A stretch of 64,000 nucleotides of DNA from the NCBI GenBank assembly GCA_002633005.1, contig NMRA01000026.1, forward strand, positions 1,570,710 through 1,634,709, read 5' to 3'. Both the position numbers and the translations under genes were made by a program. Source of the stretch: Phoronis australis (Eukaryota; Animalia; Phoronida). Each line of letters begins with the position of its first letter. The stretch's first letter is position 1. This document shows, piece by piece, positions 49,901-60,464 of the stretch. The notes under the pieces were generated by a model that saw only the letters and a program-made list of their open reading frames with translations, did no database searches and was not told where the DNA came from.

Positions 49901-51273
49901 TTGAAAATAGCAAATATGCACGCCAAGCCTGTAGCTGCTGTAAAATACCACTTGAACTGCCGTGTCACAAATTCATTCATAAAAATATTGTGTGCACGTA
50001 TACGTATCACGCGATCTGCGATCATAATTGAAAAAAGATGACAAATGACACCAAAACAAGCGGAGCAATCTGTGCAAACCCGCTTCTTTAAAAAATCCTC
50101 AGTGGGGCGCATAGGATAAGTAGGTTATACAACGTACATGTTTGTACTAGTGTGTTATTATATCTCGATTCGTGATATGCAAAACTATTTGAACTCTGGC
50201 TTTGCCCTCGTTCAAATACTTTTGCATATCACGAATCTCGTACGTTGTATAACCTATATTTACATGAGACCATGGCCTTAAAGACGGATGAATGAATGAA
50301 TTTTCTTGGATACTAAAAATGCAACAATTCAGAAAATAAGGTCAGCTAGACTGTCAATATGAATGTAACACCATACCGTGTCTTCAATCATTTTTACCTC
50401 AAATGTAGCTATGGTACTTTTTTACCTATTTAGCACTTGATAGGGTCAATACCTGGAAATTCATTTTGTCACATTTTTCAACAGAAATGAGCCTTAATAA
50501 GAAAGTTCTATTTATCTGATAATGTAGTCTGTCCTGTATAACTGCAACAAAACATCAGTTGGTAATTTTTTCATCATCTATTATATTGCAGTCACCCTTT
50601 GAAAAATCAAAAAATGACAATTAGCGTACTATTACTTTCATGCAAAATAAGTGAAGAATTAAAGTGGTGAACAGGATAATATTATAAAAACTTTTGGTTG
50701 ACTAAAATTATTCTACGAAAATTGAAGAAAACAATACAACATCTGTTGTTAAGTAAGACCTGATGGCCTTATGTACAAATAATTGATTTTCTGGGAACAC
50801 TTTAAACACCTTATGAACTGAATTTTAGGGTTAGTTGATTTTTCAGTTTACTTACTTAATGATTCATCAACATAAATAATTGTCAATATGCTCCCACTTG
50901 AGAATTTATACAGCAGAATCATGCTTTAACTGTTCATTAGTTTCAATTAATGTTTCTATCGCCATAGTAATGCAAACCTTTAAATTTTAGTATGCAAAGG
51001 GAATGAGTAAAATTTATTAGGCTTTAATCAGAAACATTGTGGAATTCTTAATTCTCGTTTTTGTAGGATTAATTATGAACTCGGAGCTTATTCGTTGAGT
51101 TTTATTTCTAGTCTGTGGCATGTGCAATTGGCTTCGCCTACAGCGCCAAGCTGATCCTGCGCTACCAGCTCCTCATATTGGTTATCACTGGTACTTTAGG
51201 AGGCCTTTGTTTCTTCATCGTCGAGTGGAATGTAAGTCGAACCTTCCGTCAACTTGGCTATACTCAAATATGA
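31846..51273 (+). CDS. MFSD11: UNC93-like MFS transporter MFSD11; 13 exons, 445 aa
   Basis: LFNVIILGVAFMLIFTAFQT, GDGYTSLSIIY, WTAQG..LT.NSD...RNSGLFWAL, YTGFEL.FF.GVY.TC, GRDPI, LGFGDASFNTQ, SAPAFAIFK. All 12 junctions are phase-compatible; 1338 nt in total. Confidence 0.95.
32370..34176 (+). repeat. ~245 bp direct duplication (32370-32614 and 33931-34176)
   Basis: TTTTCCAGAGTACAGCTT...GATATCACAGCTCTTGCCCA..GACCAACCTCAT is present twice with few differences. Confidence 0.9.
33148..34282. mobile_element. Foldback element built of alternating inverted ~220 bp modules
   Basis: Outer inverted ends GACAATGACCATCATCTCT / AGAGATGGTGGTCACTGTC. Inner arms 33213-33415 vs 33450-33660, junction palindrome AATTCGCCGAAAAGCTTTTCGGCGAATT, then a second arm pair. 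Confidence 0.75.
35773..35840 (+). CDS. MFSD11: MFSD11 exon 2
   Basis: TTTTAG|QRVLTDAKNSTKFGNFTGDGYT(S)|GTGAGA. Confidence 0.9.
37080..37187 (+). CDS. MFSD11: MFSD11 exon 3
   Basis: TTGTAG|(S)LSIIYATFAVCNWIAPPVVSICGPRITMIIGGIPY(G)|GTAAGA. Confidence 0.92.
37802..37881 (+). CDS. MFSD11: MFSD11 exon 4
   Basis: TTGAAG|(G)LFIASFLWPMTWSLYLGSVLVGFGAA|GTAAGA. Confidence 0.9.
40381..40477 (+). CDS. MFSD11: MFSD11 exon 5 (GC donor)
   Basis: TTTTAG|(V)IWTAQGSFLTLNSDEQTVSRNSGLFWALFQC(S)|GCAAGT. Confidence 0.9.
40895..41425 (+). mobile_element. Complete short HINE-like element, same family as 13140-15662, opposite orientation
   Basis: T-run, hairpin ATGCGTCCAC-TGTATAT-GTGGACGCAT, (CCAT/CCGT)-like tract, three repeat monomers, terminus CTCTTGTTT. 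Confidence 0.78.
41918..42100 (+). CDS. MFSD11: MFSD11 exon 6
   Basis: Branch point CACTAAC, TTTCAG|(S)FLFGNLFVYFQLQG...LLILRRPPVNNELGDIIVNE(Q)|GTAAGT. Confidence 0.92.
42992..43029 (+). CDS. MFSD11: MFSD11 exon 7 (38 nt)
   Basis: TTGCAG|(Q)RGRICSSAVDAF(K)|GTAAGT; supplies the required phase 2 to phase 1 link. Confidence 0.82.
43105..44187. mobile_element. Decayed MITE with ~90 bp inverted termini
   Basis: TGGAACA..GGTATTTT...TGTTTCATATCTGCGC vs GTGCAGATATGAAACA...AAAATACC..TGTTCCA. Confidence 0.5.
44695..44760 (+). CDS. MFSD11: MFSD11 exon 8
   Basis: TTTTAG|(K)KSIDLLRTKNMLLLSVTFLYT(G)|GTAACC. Confidence 0.92.
45240..45320. repeat. (CA)n/(CACG)n microsatellite
   Basis: Directly visible. 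Confidence 0.9.
45395..45520 (+). CDS. MFSD11: MFSD11 exon 9
   Basis: TTTCAG|(G)FELNFFGGVYSTCVGNTINFGDEANSLIGLCGIFIGAGEVI(G)|GTAGGT. Confidence 0.93.
45830..46030. mobile_element. Uninterrupted partial copy of the Harbinger-like MITE at 320-1734
   Basis: GATAAAACTTCAA..TTCCAAGAAAGTGATC...ATGTGGAAGTTTCAAAGTTTGGAAGTTGA...TTTCTTAGAATGGGCCTC. Confidence 0.65.
46163..46520. repeat. 25-bp minisatellite, ~14 copies (GTTTGGCATACTGTGACAGTTCACA)
   Basis: Direct tandem copies without spacers; one copy has a 4-bp insertion. Confidence 0.95.
46651..46825 (+). CDS. MFSD11: MFSD11 exon 10
   Basis: TCACAG|(G)GALFGLAGNKTNKHGRDPITLLGYFTHIVAFYLIFINIP...WIVP(N)|GTAAGC. Confidence 0.93.
47200..47910 (-). mobile_element. 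Penelope-like element fragment (RT C-terminus + GIY-YIG endonuclease), decayed
   Basis: VVYHI..D..CEDSYIVEMEQPLTKHMAQH.RA...GHSF (GIY-YIG of Penelope); KHFK....YPDW upstream; RE...RGV downstream. Confidence 0.8.
48848..48911 (+). CDS. MFSD11: MFSD11 exon 11
   Basis: TTCCAG|(N)KYLAIACAFMLGFGDASFNTQ|GTAAGT. Confidence 0.93.
49230..49301 (+). CDS. MFSD11: MFSD11 exon 12
   Basis: ATGCAG|IYSLLGYMYADDSAPAFAIFKCTQ|GTAAGC. Confidence 0.93.
50121..50258. repeat. Long terminal hairpin of a DNA element (element probably starts ~49340)
   Basis: TAGGTTATACAACGTAC..GATTCGTGATATGCAAAA.TATTTGAAC / GTTCAAATA.TTTTGCATATCACGAATC..GTACGTTGTATAACCTA; also the palindrome CCGTATTCAAC-GCAT-GTTGAATACGG at 49434-49459. 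Confidence 0.7.
51112..51273 (+). CDS. MFSD11: MFSD11 exon 13 (terminal, ends GYTQI*)
   Basis: TTCTAG|SVACAIGFAYSAKLILRYQLLILVITGTLGGLCFFIVEWNVSRTFRQLGYTQI*; internal donor AAT|GTAAGT at 51231/51232. Confidence 0.9.
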   Translation, partial: SVACAIGFAYSAKLILRYQLLILVITGTLGGLCFFIVEWNVSRTFRQLGYTQI

Positions 51274-52579
51274 CAGGAAGATGTTCAATAGAAGAGCTAG
51301 TGTGGGCATTGTTTTACTTGAGATTTTATAGTCAATGCAATTTGTTCTAAAACATGCTATAGTTATGAAACACTTGAATTAGCTTCTTGAGTAGACTTTG
51401 GCAGTGTACTTGCATTTTGTGATATTAGTGCAATGATTTCTTTGAAATTTTGTTCCTTATGGTTTAACTCTAAAACTAACGCATTCTGTAGTAAATCTTG
51501 TCTGTACGTAATGAGTTTTCTTTCCTGTGTGGTGGATTTTCTGTGGGCTTTTAGTAGCTTTTTGTCTGCCAAATTCTATGAATTTTGAATTAATGTATTC
51601 ATGCATTTTTGGAGTGTTTTCAATTCTGTTTAAATTAGTAAAATGGCTTCAAACACAATTCTGTTCACTACAGTTGTAACATTTAGTGTTTACAAAGAAG
51701 CTCAAATGTTTTAGCAATGTTTTGGGACGACTGTTCTTGTTGTACATGCTCTTCGCAGCAGGAACACTCCTTTTTGTATCTGAAAAGTGGTATATTATGC
51801 TTTTCAAACTGAAACCTCCTGCCGTGCAATTTCGTAAATTTACAAAAGATTACTCGTTATTAAATGAAGACGAAATGTAGTCATTCACCATTTAGACAGT
51901 AATTTTCTTCTCAGAGGAGGAATTTAGCTCAGCGTAACAAGTGACATGGTAAGACATGAGACTTGAATTATGTCTTCACATTACAATGGCACATTTCTGG
52001 CCAGAAAATCCCTGCAAACTACATAGTTTTACACAGCTTTTGGCTCCACTAGGCTTTAGCTTTACTGTTGGTGTCATGGCAACAAATTAGAAATGAAATA
52101 TGTTATAATTTAACCATCATCTTTATGTACATGAAACACATATTAATCTCAACACTTGTCTTTTAATTAATTGCTATTTTAAAAACTTAAGGGTACAGTT
52201 TCACAGTTGAGCTCCTAACTACAACATATGTGATAATAATTATTGTAAATCTTAAATTATTTTTGTAAAAGCAGGAATCTTGTTTTAAAGTGTTTTGTGT
52301 ACGAACAAATAAGAGTGTTGAAGTACTCTATTGGACATGTCTGTAAGAGATTGTGATAAGTTTTAGATTTCTGGTTTGATGAATTATGAGGTTTGAGTGT
52401 CTCTTGCAATGAAGTTTCATAGTGAATTAGGTTTAATATTTTTTCCACACAATGATCAAAATTTAATGTCAAGAAAGAAATCTTAACATTTAGGTAGCCA
52501 TTTTTTGTGCCGTATATTGCCATTTTGTAAATCTTTTGAATTTTTGCTAGCTCCAGGAGAGTGCAGAGGTGTGTAAAGT

Positions 52580-52668
52580 TAATCACATTTGTTTTTGGCC
52601 AAAATATGAGTATTAACTTTAAAATTAACGCATACTTGAACAAAGACAATGTACTAGTCGATGTTTCT
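52580..52668. repeat. Interspersed repeat with an inverted copy at ~61692-61780
   Basis: ATCACATTTGTTTTTGGCCAAAATAT.AGTAT.AACT..AA...GCATAC..AACAAAGA.A.TGTA...GTCGA.GTTT on opposite strands. Confidence 0.65.
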
Positions 52669-53887
52669 TATATTATCACTAAACCATTCTCAAGATTAAT
52701 GTTCTTCGCAATAATTCAGTCGGGTAATGCAGAAGAACAGTCTTCACAGCTACATATCAAAATACATAGTGATGAGAGACGAGCTCAAGTGAAGCAATGC
52801 TTCTATTCACTCAGTGTGTATTGTGCATAGCCTCCTTTAGAACAAGTCTGAAGATGGCACTGTCCTTGTTCAAGATCTGAAAACCAGAGTAATCTATAGT
52901 GTGACCAGTGGTCAATGAATGATTAAAAACTGCACTGTGTCTCTCTCTCCCCGTTATGCATTTTGATGTGTACCTGTGCAGACTGTTTTCCTGTGTTACC
53001 TGTCTGAAGTATTGTGAAGAACATTTGTCTTGAGAATGGTTTAATTATAGTTAACCAAAACTTTGACTAAAACAACGTCTCTGTTAATTACTGTATGCGC
53101 TGATTTAAAAGTGTGTAAAATTTAATTTAGCTAAGGTTTGTAGAGGAGTAGCCATGCTTTTTGATGTTATGTTGTAAGGAGAGGGGGATGAAGGTGGGGA
53201 GTTCACATAACGGTTTATGGTGCAAAATTATTGATTTCATGATTTCAAAACCGCATTTTTGATATTCATTTAACGGATCTTGACAAATTTCTGTTCCGCC
53301 CCCATGATTACCTGGGTGTTCTCCTCTGGTTGTCTCCCTCTTTTTCAAATCGTTGATAACAAACAGCGGGTTTAGCTATAGTTCCTGAAGTCCCTGAAAT
53401 GGCACAACGGCAAGCTTGCATTATGTCGAAACCAGAGTTATGTCCCCATGTAACTCACTTTGAAACTTACCGTTTATCACTGCAAGTCACAAGCAGTCGG
53501 GGGTTCCATACGATCAATATGTATCGTTTTATTAAACTCTCTTGTGCTTATTTTTACGTTAACTTTGTAAACATAACTTATTGTGCACATATTCCATTTA
53601 TTGTCTATATGGATACCTCAGAAAAAGAAAAATCGTTTGATTTTGAAAGTAACTCAAAATGTATTGAAATGATTTTCCTATTTGACGCCTTCCTCTGCAT
53701 TCTACCCATAATTCAAGTGTGGCTATTGCTTGCTGTGTCATTGATAGCTGCTTTTGGGTTTGGGAAAGCTCTCAGGGTCAGCTGTGCAATGTGGAGGTTA
53801 TGGAGGAATATTGGAATTTATAATTTATTTTGTGACGCAATTTTGTGGTACTCGTTGTTTCTGTTAATAGTTTTGTAAGTTTAAAGG

Positions 53888-53893
53888 AATAAA
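53888..53893 (+). terminator. Candidate proximal poly(A) signal of MFSD11
   Basis: AATAAA followed by a U/GU-rich tract, upstream of the candidate alternative last exon. Confidence 0.45.
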
Positions 53894-54781
53894 TATAGTT
53901 GTCAATCAATCTTCTTGTTTATTGTTCTTCAAATTTAACCTTTTTTCTGTAAATAATTTTCCTTTTCCTTGACCTCTTCCACATTACTGCTGCAACTGTT
54001 CAATTGTTAATTGCCTTTCATTGTTTTTTATGGATAGCATAAAATGTCGTATAAACAAAGGATTGTGGAGTACTGTTCACATAAAGTAGCATGGCTAGCA
54101 AACATAGAATGTGTGGTGTGTAGAGATCACTTCATTGTTTCATTCCAAGTAACACAAAGTTAGTTTATTAGATACAAGTGAACAGGTAACATCTATTAAA
54201 CATCAGCTTCCAGATTGCCTACATGACACATCGATTATTCTGTATCTCACAAATCTGTGCCTTGCTTTGTACACACATTGGTTTTCGCTATCTGTAAAAA
54301 GGTCAATGGTAGACACTTATTTAACTGATCTGTCCCCCTCTGTTGGCCACAAGTGTAACTTATCCAAGTGGAGACAGACCAGGGCAATAAATATCGTGCC
54401 AAAACAATGTCTGTTAATGCAGTGGCACATTAATATCTGCAATTTCTCACAAAAGAATGACAGAAGCTGCAGATTTTCTATTTTCAAAGGCTATTACTGT
54501 TTTAATGTGTCCAAAATTCTACCAGTTTTTATATGATTAATGTACAAACTATGCTCAAGGTTGATCATCAATTTTTTCTCAATGTTTCTTTTTGTTGAGA
54601 TATTTTGAAAAATGTATTTTGTATATCCACCATATCTAATCTGAAGAGCGTTTACAGACTTCAAATATTTAACACCTGTAAATTATGCGTGTTCGGAAAA
54701 TATCAAATTCTACCAGTCAGCACACCACAGCCCAGTGGAACAAACAAGTGTTGCAGCATTGCTTTTACATTCTCACTTCAG

Positions 54782-54856
54782 GTTACCGAGGACAGAGAAG
54801 TGGATACTAGTCATCATGAGCTAGAGGAGAGGGATGAAAGAGTGTCTACTGCTTGA
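54782..54856 (+). CDS. MFSD11: Candidate alternative last exon of MFSD11 (VTEDREVDTSHHELEERDERVSTA*)
   Basis: Strong acceptor TTTTACATTCTCACTTCAG|, phase 0, matching the donor at 51231; purine-rich exon-like sequence; AATAAA at 55057. Confidence 0.55.
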   Translation, partial: VTEDREVDTSHHELEERDERVSTA

Positions 54857-55737
54857 TAATGGTCATAATCACATTATCACATAAGGTTTTTATGCACTAG
54901 TACATTTAGGGTGATAGCTCTGCTTTGATGCAATACTACATTCCCATACTGAAAAGGCCTTCCTTGTCTATTTTTAAATGCTTAAAAAGAGCTACGGTAA
55001 GTATTTTTGCCTCGGAAGAAATTGCCTTACAATAACTTAGGCACCATTTGAAATGCAATAAATGAGCATATCATAAGTACGACGAATATCAACTTGTAAA
55101 GTAGTAGGCTTACTTTCAGCATACCAAAGATAATGTATCACTTCCGGGACCAAGGTGAAAATGGATTATCATTGAGACGGTTTGTCCATACCAACTACTA
55201 AGACATGTTTAACGGGACCACACACTCCACATATCTCAAATGTTTGCATTGAGATGATTTAATTTCACTGTCTTGAAGAAACAGCGGGTACAAAAAGCCT
55301 AACGCCTGTCACTGCCTCATGTGGAAGTACTGCCCGATTGCTCTAATCAGAAATTAGTTTGTGTGGCATTAAATATGAAACAGCTCATTGCTGGAGTGTG
55401 TTAGGCAAAACTCCATTTCTCCCTGTCAAGGTGGTGAATTGGGACTTTTACTCTCTACTGGTTGTGTTCCATGGTTGTTGCAGTACAAAATAGTTGCTGC
55501 ATTAATAAACTAGTATATCTACTTAATTTTGTCACAGACCACAACAATCAGGGTTTTGCAACATTGCAAATATCGTTTTTAGAGTGTTACTAATATGCTT
55601 TATTATTTCGTCACATTATTGGGCAGCTGTATTATTTTTAGGCAATTAATTGCATGTTTTATGAGATAATGCATTTATGTGTCCACTCACTTTTCAATGT
55701 GTTGAAATTTAAGTACTTATGCCATTTTACAACAGTT

Positions 55738-56019
55738 GGGGTCTATTTCATTAAAAGTGACTTAGTATATTTAAATCAGAAACTTGGTCTTACATTCCAC
55801 ACAATTTCTGAAAAATAGTTAAATCTCACTTGACTAAAAGTGCAGTCACGGTCTCTGAGGATATACACATAATTGCCAGTTACAGAGACTTCTATAAATT
55901 ATTTCTAAACTGTCATGCGCTCATAATTTCTTGACTAAACTTTCTTTTCAGCAATTGTAAAGTGCGAGCATATGACCAAATATTTGTCAAGTCATGGGTA
56001 GTTTTCATGAAATGGCCCC
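55738..56019. mobile_element. Harbinger-like MITE; related partial copy at ~56788-56992
   Basis: Termini GGGGTCTATTTCATTAAAA / TTTTCATGAAATGGCCCC; shared AAACTTGGTCTTACA.TCCACA...CTCTGAGGATATA...GCGAGCA.A.GACCAAAT. Confidence 0.55.
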
Positions 56020-57699
56020 TAGTTGCATTTAGGAATGCAAGCATGCTATATTAAAAATGTATTTCATGTAAGAAAATATTTTAGACATGGTGCTTTTACT
56101 TGGCTTTAATGGTATCCAACCAACTTGCAGCATATTATTTTAGGGAGTCTAGCTTTGTCATATTTGATGTGCCATAATAAGATCAAAGGAATGATCGGTG
56201 TTTCTACTTAGAATGGGACTATATAGAAAGTAATTTTACTTGTCAGGTACAACCTATGGGCATTTATTGGTTGTTTTTATAACTTGTTTACCTTGTTTGG
56301 AACTTGTGCAACTTGCCTTGCCCATCTTCTTAGACTCAGGTTTCCTTGGATATACTACTTTTCAGAGGGGGTATTAAAAGCATTCCAACCAGCTTCTACT
56401 TTGCACTCTGCTGAGTAAGAGACTGTTCCAACTCATTATTTTTAGATAAAAGGTAACATGCCCTCATTGACATTTACTAACAGTAAGTCATTCTGTTCAT
56501 CTTTGTAGTCTCATGACTGCATAAAGTTAAGTGACGTATTAGGAAATAAAATGCGTAAAAATGTGGATCTTTTACTTTTTCATGTATTCACTCGTATCTG
56601 TGATCAGTCTTGGTTACTTGTACAGATAATTCATAACGCTATCTGCATAAGCCTCGTTACGAGGGCAAGTTCTCTGCTCACATATATTACTGTATTTACA
56701 TTGACAACATTTTAATTTACCATTGGTGTGGTGAGATCTGGGCTCTGTTTCGTGAGAAGTGCCTTTAGGCTTACATCTTAAAAGACATAAACTTGGTCTT
56801 ACACTCCACATAAATATCTCTGAAAAATAATTAAAACTCTGAGGATATAACCATAACTGCTGCATATAAAGAAAAATGTGTACAAATTATTTTCAGACAT
56901 TGATGATGTGCTCCACAAGACCTTAAGTGTGGCATGCGAGCACAAGACCAAATTTCAGTCTAATAAGTCTTAAGTCACTTTTCATGAAACACCACGGTTC
57001 CCATAAAACAAAACAATAAATGAATGCATAGCACTTAAGCCTGCTATACACAACACTACTCGACTAATCTCAACTCAACTAAGACCAGTGGTATTGTATA
57101 GAGAGGAAAGGTTTAGAGCACAATGCAACTCGACCAACTCTGAAGTATTTATCGAAATCTGTTATAATGTTGTAAGCTGGTTGTTGTGTTACTGGGACAA
57201 GACGAGTTGCGTAGAGGGTGAAATTCAGTTGATAGTCGCAATTAGTCAATGACAGTTCAGACAAGTTTAACATGAGTCCCATAGTGTGCAGCAGGCTTTA
57301 AACATGAGCATTTATATCAATGTGTTAAAGTACTAAAATAAAAGTTACAGCAAAGTATTAAAACAGTGACTTGTGACAAGAAGTGTGTAAAACAAAATAT
57401 GAAATGACCGACATTGACATATTCTTCACCAATAATGACAAATCATGTATTATAAAGTCTTGATCAACATTTTTGAAACATTCAGTTCTCCAAAATTACA
57501 AGCATACATAATTATCACTGTGAACTAAATAATACATTACCTCTAAGATTATCAAATATCACCATTCTTTAAAGGGTGCTGAGAACACTTTCAAATTGAA
57601 ATACAACAAGCATGATTTTCAGGTCAAAATACACAGAGCAATACTGTTAGTTCATCATACATCACCCTCCTACCATATGGGCAAACATTTGGGTCCATA

Positions 57700-57785
57700 C
57701 ATTTATTTATTTATTTATTTATTAATGTAATATTTACAATGTGGGTAGCCCCATCAGTTCACACTGGTTTCCATGGGGGCCCTGG
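57700..57785 (-). mobile_element. Short 3'-end fragment of an L2/CR1-group LINE or SINE with (TAAA)n tail
   Basis: Minus strand CAGGGCCCCCATGGAAACCAGTGTGAACTGATGGGGCTACCC...AATAAATAAATAAAT stem-loop plus tail. Confidence 0.5.
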
Positions 57786-60309
57786 TGCACCTGTCAAGCT
57801 GTGCCTGTGTCCAAATGACAGTGTATGCACCAATAGATGAAACATAGTAGCTCCACTTATGTTGCACCAACATAATTGCCAAATTCGCCATTTTTCCATT
57901 TTTCAAAGGCGGATAACTTTACTACAAATAGTGAAAAATTTTCCGAACCTGTTTCTTGACCTCTACACAGTACAAATCATGCCAGCAATAGATTGAAATT
58001 TTCTTAATCTTCGGTTATACGGAAAAATGTGATAAGATAGAATTTCACTTGTTGGCCATATTGTGTGCTAAAGAAGTAAAGAATTACCATAAGGCCAAGG
58101 AGAGTGTTTAATACTTCAGACCAGTGAGGGAATGAAAACTTGAGTTACCCATTGCACTAAACATAGACACATGAATATGGCATGTCTTACTTTTTGGGCA
58201 TACATCTACATCAAACAAGCAACAAATAGGTATGTAGTCCTTAGATATGTTTTACAATGCCCTAACACTAGACTAGTTTGCATGATGCCATTTTACTTTG
58301 CTACTCCAAATATCTACACCAACAGGTTTCTCAAGCAATGCATCCCACAAATCAACTGTAACATATAGTACTGAACAGCTGTCTGTTAAAGGATACAGTT
58401 CTCCACAAGTCTGTGAGGACTCGAACAAAAATGGTTGGGTGTAAAGAAAACGCCGAGAAAAAAAGATTATAAATGACTTTGAACGTCATGGAATGTTACA
58501 ATTTGTGAAAAGGAATCGACAAGGGAAATGGGTATACGTGTGGAGTGTCATTTATCTATGACCTGTGACTTTCATGGTCCAGTGTGACAAGTGAACAACT
58601 TAAAATGTTGATCCAAAAATCCTTAATTTTTGTAAACACAAGTTTTCATTATAGAATGTATGGCTGGTGTGCGCTACACACTGACATGCTAACAATGTAA
58701 GATTAAGTAATCAACAGAAAAAATGCACCACAGAAACGAAACGAAACATTCACTTTAATGCATCCCCCATAATTGAGTGCACCCTATGGGCAAAACACTT
58801 AGCAAACAAGACAACATTTTTGAAAAGCACAAAACTTGGATTGCATACACACAGTAATGGTGTACTCCCTGTTCACTACTTTTGTCCATCACTACTAAAA
58901 GAGATCAAGATTACACATAAAAAACAATACACGTTTATGCCCAATGATTGTCCAAGCTCTTCACAGTAAACAGAGAGTTCGTTATGTGCCACTGCAAGTC
59001 ATTCTTCTGTTCATACTCTGGTTATTCCAGAAATACCAACAATATAAAACTCACACAAGTCAGCTGCCGATGAATCAAATTCTCACTTAACTTGGACAAA
59101 GTCCAGCAGTAAGGTTGATCTAGTTCGTGCACTCACCTCTTCAAATTAGTCAGATTTCTACTTACTCAGATAAAATCTCTTGCGACTTCAGCTTGACTTA
59201 ATCAGCGCTAATAGGCCCAACCTGCGCACGTCTGATGTACTGTGAATGACATCAGGCCACCTGCACTCTTCTTTTTTTTAATCAGCGCTGTGTGGGACTA
59301 AACAGAAGTGAATGGCACTTTAATGTCTGCCAAGCTCACAGTTTCCATTGCCTAAGGCAAGACCTTTCATTGCAAGTATCTCACCAATGTCACACCCATG
59401 AGGAGACAGCATACAATGTCCAGCATTGTGGTCTTGCTCAAGCTGAGGTGTAGTTGGTCGTTGTTATGCTTCATCCCTGAGATAAAGTCTTGTCTCTTAA
59501 TCAGAAAGTGCGGACAAGTTTTTCTGGAAAAGAGATGGCAGCAGTGAGTGCATGGCTAAATCTAATCACAAGTACTGCATGTAATAGTATCTCTATTACT
59601 GATCATGCATAATGTTAAGCAAGTAAAATGAGTATTGCTGAGCCACACACAACTTAGTGTTTGCTAATTCCTAAATATAAAAGCAAATGTGCAGATTTTA
59701 CATTTTCAATTACCTTTGAGAGTGTGGATGTGCCTGTGGGGATAATAGGATGTGATCACTGCACAACCACAAAGTTAACATTTTAACGTAAGCAACATCC
59801 TTGGACTACCACCACTGCATTACCACTACAGTAAAAGCTCAACAATTTCAAACATAAATAATTGCCAGAACTGACGCTTTTCATTTTTCAAAGAATTCTG
59901 CCATTGTTGTGAATGCCCGCAATTTTCAAACCATATTGTTGCTACAGTGCAGAAGTTGATAAGGCAGTACTTCATGGTGCTCTTTGGTGAAGAATGAGAA
60001 AATAAACACAACTTGTAGGCAATATTCTATCCTAAATTGGTGAGATTGTACCACATTTTTACTGAATGACGAGATGTATACACAATACTGATGTTAAGAC
60101 ACAATAACCATCAACATCACACTTCTTTAGCTCAATCTGATAACAGTATCCACCTCAGCACAACAACAAATCAAAATAACACTTGCCATATTTATGACCA
60201 ATAGTACCAGATTCACACTTTCAGGGACTTGGCGTATATTTGATAAATCAGGGACTTTATCATGTGTCTGGAAAGTCTTTCTGGAGCACATTTAGTTTTA
60301 ATTTTGTAA

Positions 60310-60464
60310 TCAAAAAATCCAACTTTTAGAGAATGTGAAGCTATCATTTTTTGTGCTCATGGAGTAAGTAAATTTATCCCATGCCCGTTGAATCTGTCGA
60401 GGCAAATACGGCCATGAAATAAAGTTTTCCGTATTCCCCTCCCGCACTACTTTAACAGCGACCT
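60310..60464 (-). CDS. Candidate terminal exon of the death-domain gene
   Basis: TTTCCATTTCAG|(E)VAVKVVREGNTENFISWPYLPRQIQRAWDKFTYSMSTKNDSFTFSKSWIF*; in frame after the phase-1 donor. Confidence 0.5.

Noticed and set aside
51271-51291. Stop-codon readthrough at TGA-C of MFSD11
   Set aside because: It would add only ~6 residues; the context is not the strong TGA-CTAG and there is no other support.
53399-53878. 159 aa ORF
   Set aside because: No recognisable domain, T-rich composition, and located in the inferred MFSD11 3'UTR.
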